Positions 43,729 through 53,221 of a stretch of DNA of 64,000 nucleotides are shown here, piece by piece. The translations under genes were made by a program, and so were the position numbers. The notes beneath the pieces are model-generated. The model had not been told where the DNA came from and did no database searches. It saw only the letters and a list, made by a program, of their open reading frames with translations. How positions within the stretch are numbered: position 1 is the stretch's first letter; each line of letters opens with the position of its first letter. The DNA lies in the IMG/VR virus record IMGVR_UViG_2660238384_000003, positions 1-64,000 of that record; one strand, written 5' to 3'. This DNA is from an uncultured virus (IMG/VR IMGVR_UViG_2660238384_000003). Its lineage: Duplodnaviria; Heunggongvirae; Uroviricota; Caudoviricetes.

Positions 43729-44514
43729 ATGAGCAAAAAACCTCTTCCACCAGACAGAAAAGACGAGTGCCTTCAACTGAAGGCCATCTTCAACAGCAGA
43801 AAGCGTGACCTCGGTCTAACGCAGGAGAAGCTCGCCCACCTCCTTGGGATCAACCAAAGCTCCGTTAGCCACTACCTGAATGGCGTGAACCCTTTGAACG
43901 CCCAGGCAGCGGCGGCATTCGCAGAAATTCTCCAGGTTCATGTTCGGGAGTTCAGTCCGCGCCTAGCGGACGAAATAACGGATATGGCGAAGACTCTCCG
44001 GCCGGCGCCTAAAGCGGAGACAGAGGGCGAACTTACGCCCATGTCCAGTTTCGAGGTGGGGGACCCGCTCGACCCGGATGAGGTTGAAATACCGTACTTC
44101 GACGAGATCCAAATCGCCGCGGGGGACGGTCGCTATCCCGACCGTGAGCAGGCCAAGCAAAAAATCAGGTTCGCGAAGGCTGGTCTGCGCGAGTCGGGGG
44201 TGGATCCAAAACATTCGGTCTGCGTGAATGTCAGTGGCAACAGCATGGAGCCTCTGATTGCCGATGGCGCCATCATCGGGGTTGACCTATCCGCCCATAC
44301 GATAATCGATGGCGAGATTTATGCGTTGAAACACGATGACATGCTACGGGTGAAGTTCGTCTACCGATTGCCTGGTGGTGGCATCCGCCTACGCAGTTTT
44401 AACCGTGACGAATACCCAGACGAGGAGTACACCAAGGACCAGATGCGCGAGAACAACCTCAGCATCATGGGCTGGGTATTCTGGTGGTCGGTACTCAGAC
44501 GTAGGAAGCACTGA
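43729..44514 (+). CDS. cI: CI repressor (HTH plus S24 peptidase)
   Basis: LTQEKLAHLLGINQSSVSHYLNG HTH; AG cleavage site, GNSMEP, catalytic Lys in LRVK. Confidence 0.95.
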   Translation: MSKKPLPPDRKDECLQLKAIFNSRKRDLGLTQEKLAHLLGINQSSVSHYLNGVNPLNAQAAAAFAEILQVHVREFSPRLADEITDMAKTLRPAPKAETEGELTPMSSFEVGDPLDPDEVEIPYFDEIQIAAGDGRYPDREQAKQKIRFAKAGLRESGVDPKHSVCVNVSGNSMEPLIADGAIIGVDLSAHTIIDGEIYALKHDDMLRVKFVYRLPGGGIRLRSFNRDEYPDEEYTKDQMRENNLSIMGWVFWWSVLRRRKH

Positions 44515-44531
44515 TACGCGCCTTGCTTAAC

Positions 44532-44556
44532 AAGCCCCGCCCCACGCGGGGCTTTT
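44532..44556 (+). terminator. Intrinsic terminator between cI and DUF1654
   Basis: AAGCCCCGC-CCCAC-GCGGGGCTTTT. Confidence 0.8.
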
Positions 44557-44566
44557 CGTATCCAGC

Positions 44567-44836
44567 CTACCAGGCCTCCTCCTCCCTCTCCTGCTTCTCC
44601 CACTTAAGAGTGACGGTACCGTCATCGTTAAAGATCAGCTCAAGACCGTCCGTCTCGGCAAGTACTCCCATCACTCCCTCCCAGGCTTCATCGGAATCCG
44701 TGTCCAGCCGGTGAATTGTCACCATCCTCAGATCCTGAGCCTTCGGTGAATTGATCATCTCTGAAACGCGCAGGCCCAGCCGTTCGGCTGCCGTCAGCGG
44801 TTTCACCACCTGCTGCTTCTTCTGTTGCTTAGCCAT
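44567..44836 (-). CDS. DUF1654 family protein
   Basis: ERLGLRVSEMINSPKAQ...DDGTVTLKW; GGAGG RBS. Confidence 0.8.
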   Translation of the reverse strand: MAKQQKKQQVVKPLTAAERLGLRVSEMINSPKAQDLRMVTIHRLDTDSDEAWEGVMGVLAETDGLELIFNDDGTVTLKWEKQEREEEAW

Positions 44837-44852
44837 AAGCACCTCCCGTTAG

Positions 44853-44868
44853 CTGTATATAAATACAG
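44853..44868. promoter_or_regulatory. LexA (SOS) box
   Basis: CTGTATATAAATACAG = CTG-N10-CAG with AT-rich core, 16 nt upstream of the DUF1654 start. Confidence 0.85.
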
Positions 44869-44922
44869 TATACCCACCACCTCACCCATTCAACCTGTGC
44901 CTGATGAGCGTTGGAAAATTTT

Positions 44923-44965
44923 ATTACCATCAGCATTGACATTACTTAAATGCCACTGGTAATTT
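44923..44965 (+). promoter_or_regulatory. PL-like promoter with two operators (44923-44937, 44949-44963)
   Basis: TTGACA-N18-TAATTT overlapped by ATTACC-ATC-AGCATT and AATGCC-ACT-GGTAAT. Confidence 0.8.
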
Positions 44966-45254
44966 TTATCTCATCGACACAGAACATCGTGACGACAGAA
45001 CAGGCCACAGCGAGCCAAGGCCTTGCCGACAGGCAGAACGGGATTCAGGGGACGCCTCGCCCGGGTGTGCAGCTTCGAGCACCGCAAGCGAGAGTCGGCA
45101 GCAAAGCGTGGCCGGCTGTCGGGATCTCAGGTCCCCCGAGAAAGCATTCGCCCAGCCGGAGGTGGCGCGTAACGCCGGCCAGCAACACCGATTTCTCAGA
45201 TGCCCTTCGCAAGAGGGGCATCGAAGAAGTCAACACGCCCTGGAGGGCAAGACG

Positions 45255-45461
45255 ATGAATGAAAAGGCCTTACTGGCTTTACGTCAGTCTCTTCGAATCA
45301 TTCGCAGGGAGAGCGATGTACACCGAGCGCGCATCGAGTACTACGAAACGGTCGGGATGTTGCGCGGATTGCACTACGGCGGAGCGATCGATTCCTGGCA
45401 GCTATTAGCTCTAACCGAGCTAGCAGGAAGCGCATACATCAACGCCGGTAAACCCTGGTAA
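45255..45461 (+). CDS. Early hypothetical protein
   Basis: GGAGG RBS; first gene after PL. Confidence 0.7.
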   Translation: MNEKALLALRQSLRIIRRESDVHRARIEYYETVGMLRGLHYGGAIDSWQLLALTELAGSAYINAGKPW

Positions 45462-45471
45462 GGAGACTGAA

Positions 45472-45678
45472 ATGGCTCAATTCAACATCGATTCCCACCT
45501 GAGTGACGGAAAGAGCCTGCAATGGCTTGCTCTGCCGGACGCTGGTGAACAGCCTCTGGACGTTGAGGTGAAGGTTCGCCAGGCGGCCATGAAGAAGTTC
45601 GGACAGTCCGTCTTCTTCAATTGTTGGGAGCACGTAGTTGCCAGCAACGGCTACATCACCGTGCGGATGCATGCGTGA
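45472..45678 (+). CDS. Early hypothetical protein
   Basis: AAGGAG RBS, 68 aa. Confidence 0.7.
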   Translation: MAQFNIDSHLSDGKSLQWLALPDAGEQPLDVEVKVRQAAMKKFGQSVFFNCWEHVVASNGYITVRMHA

Positions 45679-45695
45679 TGTAAGGAGTCGACCCG

Positions 45696-45918
45696 ATGAC
45701 AATCATTCACGAATGCGACCGGTGCAACGCGCCCGGTCGCGTGATCGAGACGTCCGACGGATTCCGCTGCGATGGTTGCTACGAGGAGGCGCAGGAGCAG
45801 GTGCGCAGCGATGCGAGCTGCCCGAGTGTGGGCGCCTGGGGTGACGGCTACCGGAATTTGTTACGCCTGTGAGAACACTGCCCCGGTTCGCCGGGGCATC
45901 ACCGAGGAAAGGACATGA
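45696..45918 (+). CDS. Small Zn-finger protein (two apparent deletions)
   Basis: AAGGAG RBS; CDRC, CDGC, then CPEC and CYAC in shifted frames. Confidence 0.5.
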
Positions 45919-46073
45919 GCAACTACGCGCTGAACATCTACAACGCTTGGGTTGGCGAAATGGACAAGCTGAGCCGCAGCGGCCGCCAGACAAGAGCCAA
46001 GTATCTGAAGGTTCGCAAGCTGGCGATTCTCTTTATTCGAGCTGGCAGCGTGCGTGCGGCCTTCCCGCTTTAA
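45915..46073 (+). CDS. 52-aa basic hypothetical protein (MSNYALNIY...)
   Basis: Own translation; GAGGAAAGGA RBS; below the ORF-track cutoff. Confidence 0.55.
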   Translation: MSNYALNIYNAWVGEMDKLSRSGRQTRAKYLKVRKLAILFIRAGSVRAAFPL

Positions 46074-46135
46074 CCCGCAGCCCTGCCCGTAGCAGGGCAT
46101 CACCAGCCCCACCGAACTCTATCCGGAGACACACG

Positions 46136-46348
46136 ATGAAGCGAAACGCCAACCCGGCGGCGACCGTTGCTGCCTGGAATTCCGCATACCCCGCCGGCAC
46201 CGAGGTCAACTATCGGTTTCATCGCCACGCCACGCCGAAGCGCACCCGGACGACAACCGAAGCCCAGGTCCTCGGCGGCCACACCGCTGTCGTCTGGCTC
46301 GCGGGCGTGTCTGGTTGCGTTGCCCTTTCCCACTGCGAGCCGGCTTGA
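46136..46348 (+). CDS. Small hypothetical protein paralogous to the C-terminal domain of the next gene
   Basis: WNSAYP..V.YR...RTRT...AVVWL.G. Confidence 0.7.
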   Translation: MKRNANPAATVAAWNSAYPAGTEVNYRFHRHATPKRTRTTTEAQVLGGHTAVVWLAGVSGCVALSHCEPA

Positions 46349-46382
46349 GCCCGCGCGCCCAGCATCCTGAACGGAGGCACAC

Positions 46383-46754
46383 ATGCTGATCCTCACTCGC
46401 CGAGTCGGCGAAACCCTGCACATTGGCGACGACATCACCGTGACCGTCGTCGAGAACAGAGGCGGCCAGATCCGCCTCGGAATCGTTGCTCCGGAAGCGA
46501 TGGCCATTCATCGCGCCGAGATCTACGCCCGGGTTGGCGCCGTCCGGTCCGCCTCACCCAAAGACCTGGTTGAAGAGTGGAATCGCACGCACCCGGCCCA
46601 GGTGGCCGTTGAGTACCGTCCGCTCCGCGACTCCATCCCCATCCGCACCAGAACGCTCACTCAAGCCAAAGTTTCCGCCTCCGGCATGGCGGTGATCTGG
46701 CTAGAAGGTCAGGCCACGCCGGTGCTGCTGCGCAACTGCACTGCTGTTTCCTGA
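46383..46754 (+). CDS. csrA: CsrA/RsmA homologue with C-terminal extra domain
   Basis: [23 protein letters not shown]...[16 protein letters not shown]. Confidence 0.92.
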   Translation: MLILTRRVGETLHIGDDITVTVVENRGGQIRLGIVAPEAMAIHRAEIYARVGAVRSASPKDLVEEWNRTHPAQVAVEYRPLRDSIPIRTRTLTQAKVSASGMAVIWLEGQATPVLLRNCTAVS

Positions 46755-46774
46755 GCCCGTTTCATCCCCCCCTT

Positions 46775-46798
46775 GCCCGGCTCCGGCCGGGCTTTTTT
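46775..46798 (+). terminator. Intrinsic terminator
   Basis: GCCCGGC-TCCG-GCCGGGC-TTTTTT. Confidence 0.85.
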
Positions 46799-46896
46799 CA
46801 CCGCCCACATTCGCATGAACGTTCCCCGACTCCCCGCCGAGCAAGCCCGGCGGCGCGAGCGTTCAGCCGAATGCAGGTGAATACGGAGCACACGCC

Positions 46897-47400
46897 ATGA
46901 TCGACCCACGAGCGAACAGCCTGGAGAAACTGGTGCCGCCGGCACCGCTGCCCCACGTCAGCCGCGGCGCGCTCAAGCGCATCAAGCATCCTCAGCCAAT
47001 CCCCTCCGGCTGCCCGCACTGCGGCGGCCTGGTCCGGCTGGTCAGCAACCGGGTGATCTACGGTCGCGAGTACGGCGACTGGCCATATGCATACGCCTGT
47101 ACTGGCACGGGCTGCGGCGCTTACGTGGGCCTGCATCCCGACACCGACATCCCGCTGGGAACGCTGGCCGACAAGCCGCTGCGCGACGCTCGCAACCGCT
47201 GCAAGCGCCCATTCGAACGCATCTGGCGCGACAAGCTGATGACGCGCAGTCAGGCCTACGCCTGGCTCGCCGCTGAACTCCAAATCACGCCGCCCGAATG
47301 CCACTTCGGACTCTTCGACGTTGACCGGTGTGAGCGGGCCAAACGCATCTGCGACCAGTACCTGGAAGCGATCTACACCAGTTCAGCGAGGTGGGGATGA
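46897..47400 (+). CDS. DUF3268 zinc-finger protein
   Basis: CPHCG...C..CGAYVGLHPDTDIPLGTLAD..LR...AYAWLA..CHFG. Confidence 0.85.
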   Translation: MIDPRANSLEKLVPPAPLPHVSRGALKRIKHPQPIPSGCPHCGGLVRLVSNRVIYGREYGDWPYAYACTGTGCGAYVGLHPDTDIPLGTLADKPLRDARNRCKRPFERIWRDKLMTRSQAYAWLAAELQITPPECHFGLFDVDRCERAKRICDQYLEAIYTSSARWG

Positions 47401-47546
47401 TGTGGACATACCGCGAGCGCCACAACCGCGCAGCGTTCAACTGCGCCCAGCAGGCCTGGGACCGCGAAGTCGATCCGCTCTGGGACCAGCCGGACCCGGA
47501 GCCCGAGGACGAAGAGCAGGAGGACGAAGATGGCCTTCAGCGATGA
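47400..47546 (+). CDS. 48-aa acidic-tailed hypothetical protein
   Basis: MWTYRER...PEPEDEEQEDED; coupled to neighbours. Confidence 0.5.
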   Translation: MWTYRERHNRAAFNCAQQAWDREVDPLWDQPDPEPEDEEQEDEDGLQR

Positions 47547-47751
47547 ACGCGCGGTGCTGATGATCGAGGAAGGCATTACGGCGATGCGCCGATCACCGTT
47601 CCCACGCCCGGACCAGAAGTTCGTCCACGGCCAAATTGAACTGGCCTATGCGGTCGGCTTCATCGACACCCGTATTTACGACGACATGCGCCACCGGCTC
47701 GACGCCGCGTCGGACGCCCGCTGGGCAGAACTCAGGAGCACTCGGGTATGA
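47530..47751 (+). CDS. Hypothetical protein
   Basis: 73 aa, overlapping start/stop. Confidence 0.65.
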   Translation: MAFSDERAVLMIEEGITAMRRSPFPRPDQKFVHGQIELAYAVGFIDTRIYDDMRHRLDAASDARWAELRSTRV

Positions 47752-48119
47752 ATCCAATCACCCGCTTTCAAGTCCGGGCCGGCCGAGACGCAGCTAGCCG
47801 CTGTGAGTTCGTTCGGGAAACGAAGGCCTACTACGTTCGAGCCGACGGCACGCGCATCGCGAAGCGCGCTGACTGGTACAGGTTCTACGCCACCGAACAG
47901 GAAGCGCAGTCTGCAATCGAGCGCGACAACCGCAAGCGGGCGGAACGCGCAGCACGGCGGCGCGTTGAAAGCTACGGACCCGAATTACTCATCGCCCTGG
48001 AGCAGGCGTACTGCGCGCTGGTCGGCTATCTGCCGCAGCATCGCAACGCGATCACAACTGCGGCGATCGAGGCGGCCCGAAGCGCAATCGACAAAGCCAA
48101 GGGAGGGGCCTCCGCATGA
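47748..48119 (+). CDS. Hypothetical protein
   Basis: 123 aa; C-terminal GPELLIALE...ARSAIDKA element common in phage proteins. Confidence 0.65.
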   Translation: MNPITRFQVRAGRDAASRCEFVRETKAYYVRADGTRIAKRADWYRFYATEQEAQSAIERDNRKRAERAARRRVESYGPELLIALEQAYCALVGYLPQHRNAITTAAIEAARSAIDKAKGGASA

Positions 48120-48231
48120 AGCCAAATGCGACTGGCGCCCGCCGGGCGCTCACCGAAGTTGCGTCGGCCATCGGCGTGCTGGCCCTGGTGGCTCCGTTTT
48201 ACGGCTGGCTGATCTACAGGATGCTCCCGAC

Positions 48232-48384
48232 ATGAACGCGAAACGCAAAGCCATCTGGGTGGGCGGCCTGATTGGCGGCCTCCTCTTCCTGCTCATTCTC
48301 GCCCTAGGCCCGATCTGGGGCGGACTGATTACCGCGGAACAACCAGCCACGGCGCCGGCAGCCGTCAAGCGAGCAACACCATGA
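48232..48384 (+). CDS. Small single-TM protein (preceded by a second one at 48116-48235)
   Basis: MNAKRKAIWVGGLIGGLLFLLILALG; ATGA overlaps. Confidence 0.55.
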   Translation: MNAKRKAIWVGGLIGGLLFLLILALGPIWGGLITAEQPATAPAAVKRATP

Positions 48385-49136
48385 CAAACATGAATAGCAA
48401 CATGGCTATCTGGGACCAGGTGAAAGAGACGGACACCAGGTACACAAGGCAGGCGAAGCTCAACGGTCAGGACATGACGTCCATCAACGGCTTGTATATC
48501 GTCCGTCGTGCGACTGAGCTATTCGGCCCCGTCGGCAAGGGCTGGGGCTGGAAAGTCTTGGTAGAGCGCTTCGATGAAGGCGCACCGCACCTCGATAAGA
48601 ACGGTGCGGTCATCTGCCACGACAAGACCCACACCCTGTACATCGAACTCTGGTATCGCCACGACGGGACGATCAATCACGCCCGCCAATACGGGCACAC
48701 CCCCTACGTCTACAAGACCGAGTGGGGCTTCAAGACCGACCACGACTACGGCAAGAAGTCACTCACCGACGCCATCAAGAAGTGTCTGTCACTCCTCGGG
48801 TTCAGCGCCGACATTCACATGGGCATGTTCGACGACACGACCTATGTCGAAGGCCTGAAGCTGAAAGAGCGCCTGGCCGATGCCGGCGATCCCGAGACAG
48901 CCCTGGACGAAGCCAAGGACGAATTCAAGACCTGGCTTCGCGCACAACTCGACGCGATCGCCGCGGCACCGAACTCCCGCGCCCTGGAGTTAATGCGTAA
49001 GCAAGTCGCCGAGAAGGCCCGCGCCAAAGCGCCAGTCGTCAACTTCAACCCCTCAGAGATTGAGCTGCGCGTGAATGAAGCCGCCGATGAGCGCCTGCGC
49101 CAGCTTTCCCCCGCTCCTACCAGCCCCGAGGAATGA
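48381..49136 (+). CDS. Rad52/Sak-like ssDNA-annealing protein
   Basis: TSINGLYIVRRATELFGPVGKGWG...KKSLTDAIKKCLSLLG; located with exonuclease and SSB. Confidence 0.7.
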   Translation: MTNMNSNMAIWDQVKETDTRYTRQAKLNGQDMTSINGLYIVRRATELFGPVGKGWGWKVLVERFDEGAPHLDKNGAVICHDKTHTLYIELWYRHDGTINHARQYGHTPYVYKTEWGFKTDHDYGKKSLTDAIKKCLSLLGFSADIHMGMFDDTTYVEGLKLKERLADAGDPETALDEAKDEFKTWLRAQLDAIAAAPNSRALELMRKQVAEKARAKAPVVNFNPSEIELRVNEAADERLRQLSPAPTSPEE

Positions 49137-49140
49137 CACC

Positions 49141-50157
49141 ATGACCATCCTGAAAAATGTTGACCTGGAAAACGGTACCGTCGAGGTCGCCGAGTACAAC
49201 GCAACCAACGCCGCCCTGGCAAAACTTCGCGAGAAGTACGCGACGCTGCCGGACGCCAATACCGCCGATGGCTACGAGTTCATCAAGGCCGGTATCAAGG
49301 AATTGACCACACTGCGCACCAGCCTGGAAGCCGCTCGCAAGCGTGAAAAGGCGCCTTACATCGAGGCAGGCCAGATCATCGACGCCGAGGCGAAGCGGAT
49401 CACCGCCGCACTGGTGACGTTGGAAGATCCGATGAAGGCCGCCAAGAAGGAGGTCGACGATCGCGTCGAACGCGAGCGCCAGGAACGGATCGCACGCCTG
49501 ATGTCGAAGGTCGACGCCATCAAAGGGATGCCGGCCCAGGTACGCGGCAAGACCAGCGACGAGATTGCCGCGATGATCGACCGCTGTGGCGAAATCGACA
49601 CCGCACACGACTTCTACGACTTGACGAAGGAAGCCCAAGCCGCACAGCAGGCGGCCATGGACGAACTGACCCAAATGCTGACCGACCGCCTGGCCTTCGA
49701 GCAAGCGGAGCGCCAGCGGCAGGAGTTGGAAGCCCAGCAAGCCGAAATGCGCCGCCGCATGGAGGAGCAACAGGCGGAAATGCGCCGGCAGCAAGAGGAA
49801 ATGCAACGCCAACGCGAAGAACTGGCGCGCCAGCAGCAGGAGCTTGCCGCCGCGCGCCAGCAGCTCGCCGAGCAGGACACGCCCGTCGCTGTCGAGCCGG
49901 AGGCGCCGAAGGCCGAGGTTGCACCAGCGCCCGCCCAGATCAAGCCCGCCGGCAAGGCAGCAGAGCCCGGCGCTATCCAGTGGCGCGCCCGCGTCGTCGA
50001 TAAAAGCGCGTTCATCGCCGCCATCGCCGAAGGCCTGGCTACCGAAGACTTGCTCGTTGTCGACCAGCCGGCCCTGGACAGCCTGGCCAACAGCAAGGGC
50101 CAAACGCTGAATCTGCCGGGCGTGATCGTCGAAAAGGCCCCCGCGAAAGCGGCCTGA
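49141..50157 (+). CDS. Coiled-coil protein of the recombination module
   Basis: 338 aa; LEAARKREKAPY, C-terminal LPGVIV. Confidence 0.7.
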   Translation: MTILKNVDLENGTVEVAEYNATNAALAKLREKYATLPDANTADGYEFIKAGIKELTTLRTSLEAARKREKAPYIEAGQIIDAEAKRITAALVTLEDPMKAAKKEVDDRVERERQERIARLMSKVDAIKGMPAQVRGKTSDEIAAMIDRCGEIDTAHDFYDLTKEAQAAQQAAMDELTQMLTDRLAFEQAERQRQELEAQQAEMRRRMEEQQAEMRRQQEEMQRQREELARQQQELAAARQQLAEQDTPVAVEPEAPKAEVAPAPAQIKPAGKAAEPGAIQWRARVVDKSAFIAAIAEGLATEDLLVVDQPALDSLANSKGQTLNLPGVIVEKAPAKAA

Positions 50158-50204
50158 CCATCCACCTCGCACCGGCCACGCCGGCACAGTTCAAGGAAAC
50201 GAGA

Positions 50205-50759
50205 ATGACCAGTATCGACTGGAGCATCGCGCCTCATTGGGCGCAGGCAGTGGTCACTACCGAGCACGGCAACGATATGTACTGGGTTGAGGGATGGGGC
50301 TGCCGGATCAGCAAACGCCAGCGCGTGGGCAACCTGCGGCCAGACCTCAACACCTGCGACATGACCAAACTGGACCACGCATGGCGACTGGTGGAACGTC
50401 GTCCTGTGGCTGATGAGGCAAAGGAGCCTGTCATACAGTGGAACGGCCAAGAAGGCCTGCCGCCGGTCGGCGTGGAATGCGAATACAGGCACATGATCTG
50501 GCCGGAGTATCGGCGCTGTGAAATTCGGTACATCAGCGACGAGTCGTTAGTTGCGTACGACAACGGCCAAGAACAGTACTACCGCACGCGCGACATGCTG
50601 TTCCGCCCGCTCCCCACCCCCGAGCAGATCGCCGCCCAGGCTGTCGATGCCATGCTCAGCGACTACCAGTACAAGGTTGGCTCCTGTACGTTCATGCTCA
50701 CGCGCGAACAGGCTGAACGGTTGTACGCCATCGGCTACCGCAAGCACCCCTCCTCCTAA
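50205..50759 (+). CDS. Hypothetical protein (IDWSIAPHWA; GLPPVG motif)
   Basis: 184 aa, AAGGA RBS. Confidence 0.7.
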   Translation: MTSIDWSIAPHWAQAVVTTEHGNDMYWVEGWGCRISKRQRVGNLRPDLNTCDMTKLDHAWRLVERRPVADEAKEPVIQWNGQEGLPPVGVECEYRHMIWPEYRRCEIRYISDESLVAYDNGQEQYYRTRDMLFRPLPTPEQIAAQAVDAMLSDYQYKVGSCTFMLTREQAERLYAIGYRKHPSS

Positions 50760-50867
50760 TCCCCCCAACCCCTCCGAACCGCCTGCGCCGGCGCCCGCCG
50801 CCGGTGCGGCATCCGGGTGCGCGTTCATCGAGCGCGCAGCCTGATGCCCAACCACTGAGGACAGACC

Positions 50868-51473
50868 ATGCTCACCAACATTTTCGACTTCGAAACGACG
50901 GGTATTCCCGAGTGGAAGTTGCCCAGTGAAGACCCGTGCCAGCCCCACATCGTAGAAGTTGCCGCTCTGCTCTGCGATGCCGCCGGCAACACCATCGATC
51001 GCTTTGAGGCGATCGTGCGACCCAACGGCTGGGAAATCAGCCCCGAAATGACCGCGATCCACGGCATCAGCCACGAACAGGCGATGGATGTTGGCATCAG
51101 CGAGGCCGAGGCTCTGGAGGGATTTCTTGCGATCAACGGCCGCGCAGCCCGCCGCGCGGCGCACAACATCAGCTTCGACGACCGTATCACTCGCATCGCG
51201 CTGATGCGCTACCAGGACGAGGATGCGGCCAACGCCTTCAAGGAATCGGGTGAGAAGTTCTGCACCTGCTATCGCTCCCGCGCACAGGTCGCGCTTCCCC
51301 GCAACAAGCTGCCGACCTTGGCCGAGGCATACAAGCACTTCACCGGGGAGGACCTCGTGGAGGCTCACCGCGCGATGCCGGACGCCCAAGCCTGCGCCCG
51401 CATCTACTTCGCTTTGCAGGGAGTCGATGTGGCGCCGGCCAGTTCGGTGCCGCCGGCTGAGGCGGAGGCCTGA
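50868..51473 (+). CDS. DEDDh 3'-5' exonuclease
   Basis: FDFETTG, AHNISFD, AHRAMPD. Confidence 0.92.
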   Translation: MLTNIFDFETTGIPEWKLPSEDPCQPHIVEVAALLCDAAGNTIDRFEAIVRPNGWEISPEMTAIHGISHEQAMDVGISEAEALEGFLAINGRAARRAAHNISFDDRITRIALMRYQDEDAANAFKESGEKFCTCYRSRAQVALPRNKLPTLAEAYKHFTGEDLVEAHRAMPDAQACARIYFALQGVDVAPASSVPPAEAEA

Positions 51474-51476
51474 GCC

Positions 51477-51974
51477 ATGGCACGCGGAGTGAACAAGGTA
51501 ATCCTGGTCGGCCATCTGGGCCAGGATCCAGACGCAAGATCTACCCCCAGCGGGAAGGCAGTTACGTCCCTCAGCCTGGCCACTAGCGAAAGCTGGAAAG
51601 ACAAGCAGACCGGCCAGCAGCAGGAGCGCACCGAGTGGCACCGGGTCGTGCTCTTTGGCCGGCTGGCCGAAATCGCAGCGCAATACCTGCGAAAGGGCTC
51701 CCAGGTCTACATCGAAGGCAGCCTACGCACCCGCAAGTGGCAGGGCCAGGACGGCCAGGACCACTACAGCACCGAGGTAGTGGTGGACATCAACGGCAAC
51801 ATGCAACTGCTCGGCGGCAAGCCTGAGCAGGCAGGCCAGTCGCGTGGCCCTGGCCGCGAGCCGCCACCGCGGCCGACCACTCACCACCAGCCGCAACCGG
51901 CAACCGACTACGACAGCTACGACGACGACATTCCGTTCGATGACCCCTATCGCCTGCTCTGGCGTCTCGTGTAA
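51477..51974 (+). CDS. ssb: Single-stranded DNA-binding protein
   Basis: [12 protein letters not shown]...TEWHRVV...DDDIPF. Confidence 0.96.
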   Translation: MARGVNKVILVGHLGQDPDARSTPSGKAVTSLSLATSESWKDKQTGQQQERTEWHRVVLFGRLAEIAAQYLRKGSQVYIEGSLRTRKWQGQDGQDHYSTEVVVDINGNMQLLGGKPEQAGQSRGPGREPPPRPTTHHQPQPATDYDSYDDDIPFDDPYRLLWRLV

Positions 51975-52000
51975 GCGCCAGGCCACCCAGGAGACACCCC

Positions 52001-53221
52001 ATGTGGTTCCGCAACCTGCAAATCTACCGCCTCACCCAAGACCTGCAAATCGACGCCGCGGCGCTGGAGCAGGCCCTGGCCAGCAAGCCGGCACGCCCCT
52101 GCGAAAGCCAGGAACTGACCACCTACGGCTTCGCCGCTCCGTTCGGCAAGGGCCCGAACGCACCGCTGGTGCACGCCAGCCGCGGCTTCCTGCTCATCTC
52201 CACCCGAAAGCAGGAGCGCCTGCTGCCCGGCAGCGTAGTGCGCGACGAACTGGCCGAGAAGGTCGAGCAAATCGAAACCGACCAGATGCGCAAGGTGTTC
52301 AAGAAGGAGCGCGACCAGCTCAAGGACGAGATCGTCCAGACGCTGCTGCCACGGGCTTTCATTCGCAAGTCCAGCACGTTCGCCGCGCTGGACCTTGAGC
52401 AAGGCCTGGTGCTGATCGACACCAACAGCGCAAAGAAGGCCGAGGACCTACTGTCCACCCTGCGCGAAGCCCTGGGCTCGCTGCCGGTACGCCCGCTCAG
52501 CGTGAAGGTCGCGCCCAGTGCAACCCTCACCGACTGGATGAAGGACCAGGCCGCCGGCGGCGACTTCCACGTGCTGGACAGCGCGGTACTCGCCGACACC
52601 CACGAGGACGGCGGCAAGGTCGTGGCCACCCGCCAGGACATGACCAGCGAGGAAATGCAGTTACACCTGTCCTCCGGGAAGCTGGTCACCCAGGTGGCCC
52701 TGGCCTGGTCGGACAAGCTCAGCTTCGTGCTCGACACCAAGCTGGCGATCAAGCGCCTGCGCTTCGACGACCTGCTGCAGGAGCAGGCTGAGAAGGACGG
52801 CGGCGACGATGCCGCCGGCCAGCTCGACGCCAGCTTCGTCCTGATGATGCTCACCTTCCGCGAGTTCATACCGCAACTGCTGGAGGCCTTGGGCGGCGAA
52901 GAGTTCCCGCAGGGAATCGACGGTGCGTACGATGAGCCCGAGCCAGCGCCTGGCGCCGGCATCGACGTAACCAAGGCGCTAGGGATGCGCGACGGTATCA
53001 CCGCGACCCTCCATATCCCCCAGGTCAACGGGCCCGGTGACGACCCGCTGCTGAAGGAGGCCATCCGCTTCGTCCGCGAGACGCGCCGCGCTTCGATCTC
53101 CGCCATCCAGCGCAAACTCAAGATCGGCTACAACCGCGCGGCACGCCTGGTAGAGGAAATGGAATTGCTGGATATCGTCGGGCCGATGCAGGGAGACGGA
53201 TCTCGCGAGGTTCTGTCGTGA
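52001..53221 (+). CDS. rdgC: RdgC fused to a C-terminal FtsK gamma domain
   Basis: [11 protein letters not shown]...LLPRAF...LGSLPV; C-terminal [25 protein letters not shown]...REVL. Confidence 0.9.
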   Translation: MWFRNLQIYRLTQDLQIDAAALEQALASKPARPCESQELTTYGFAAPFGKGPNAPLVHASRGFLLISTRKQERLLPGSVVRDELAEKVEQIETDQMRKVFKKERDQLKDEIVQTLLPRAFIRKSSTFAALDLEQGLVLIDTNSAKKAEDLLSTLREALGSLPVRPLSVKVAPSATLTDWMKDQAAGGDFHVLDSAVLADTHEDGGKVVATRQDMTSEEMQLHLSSGKLVTQVALAWSDKLSFVLDTKLAIKRLRFDDLLQEQAEKDGGDDAAGQLDASFVLMMLTFREFIPQLLEALGGEEFPQGIDGAYDEPEPAPGAGIDVTKALGMRDGITATLHIPQVNGPGDDPLLKEAIRFVRETRRASISAIQRKLKIGYNRAARLVEEMELLDIVGPMQGDGSREVLS

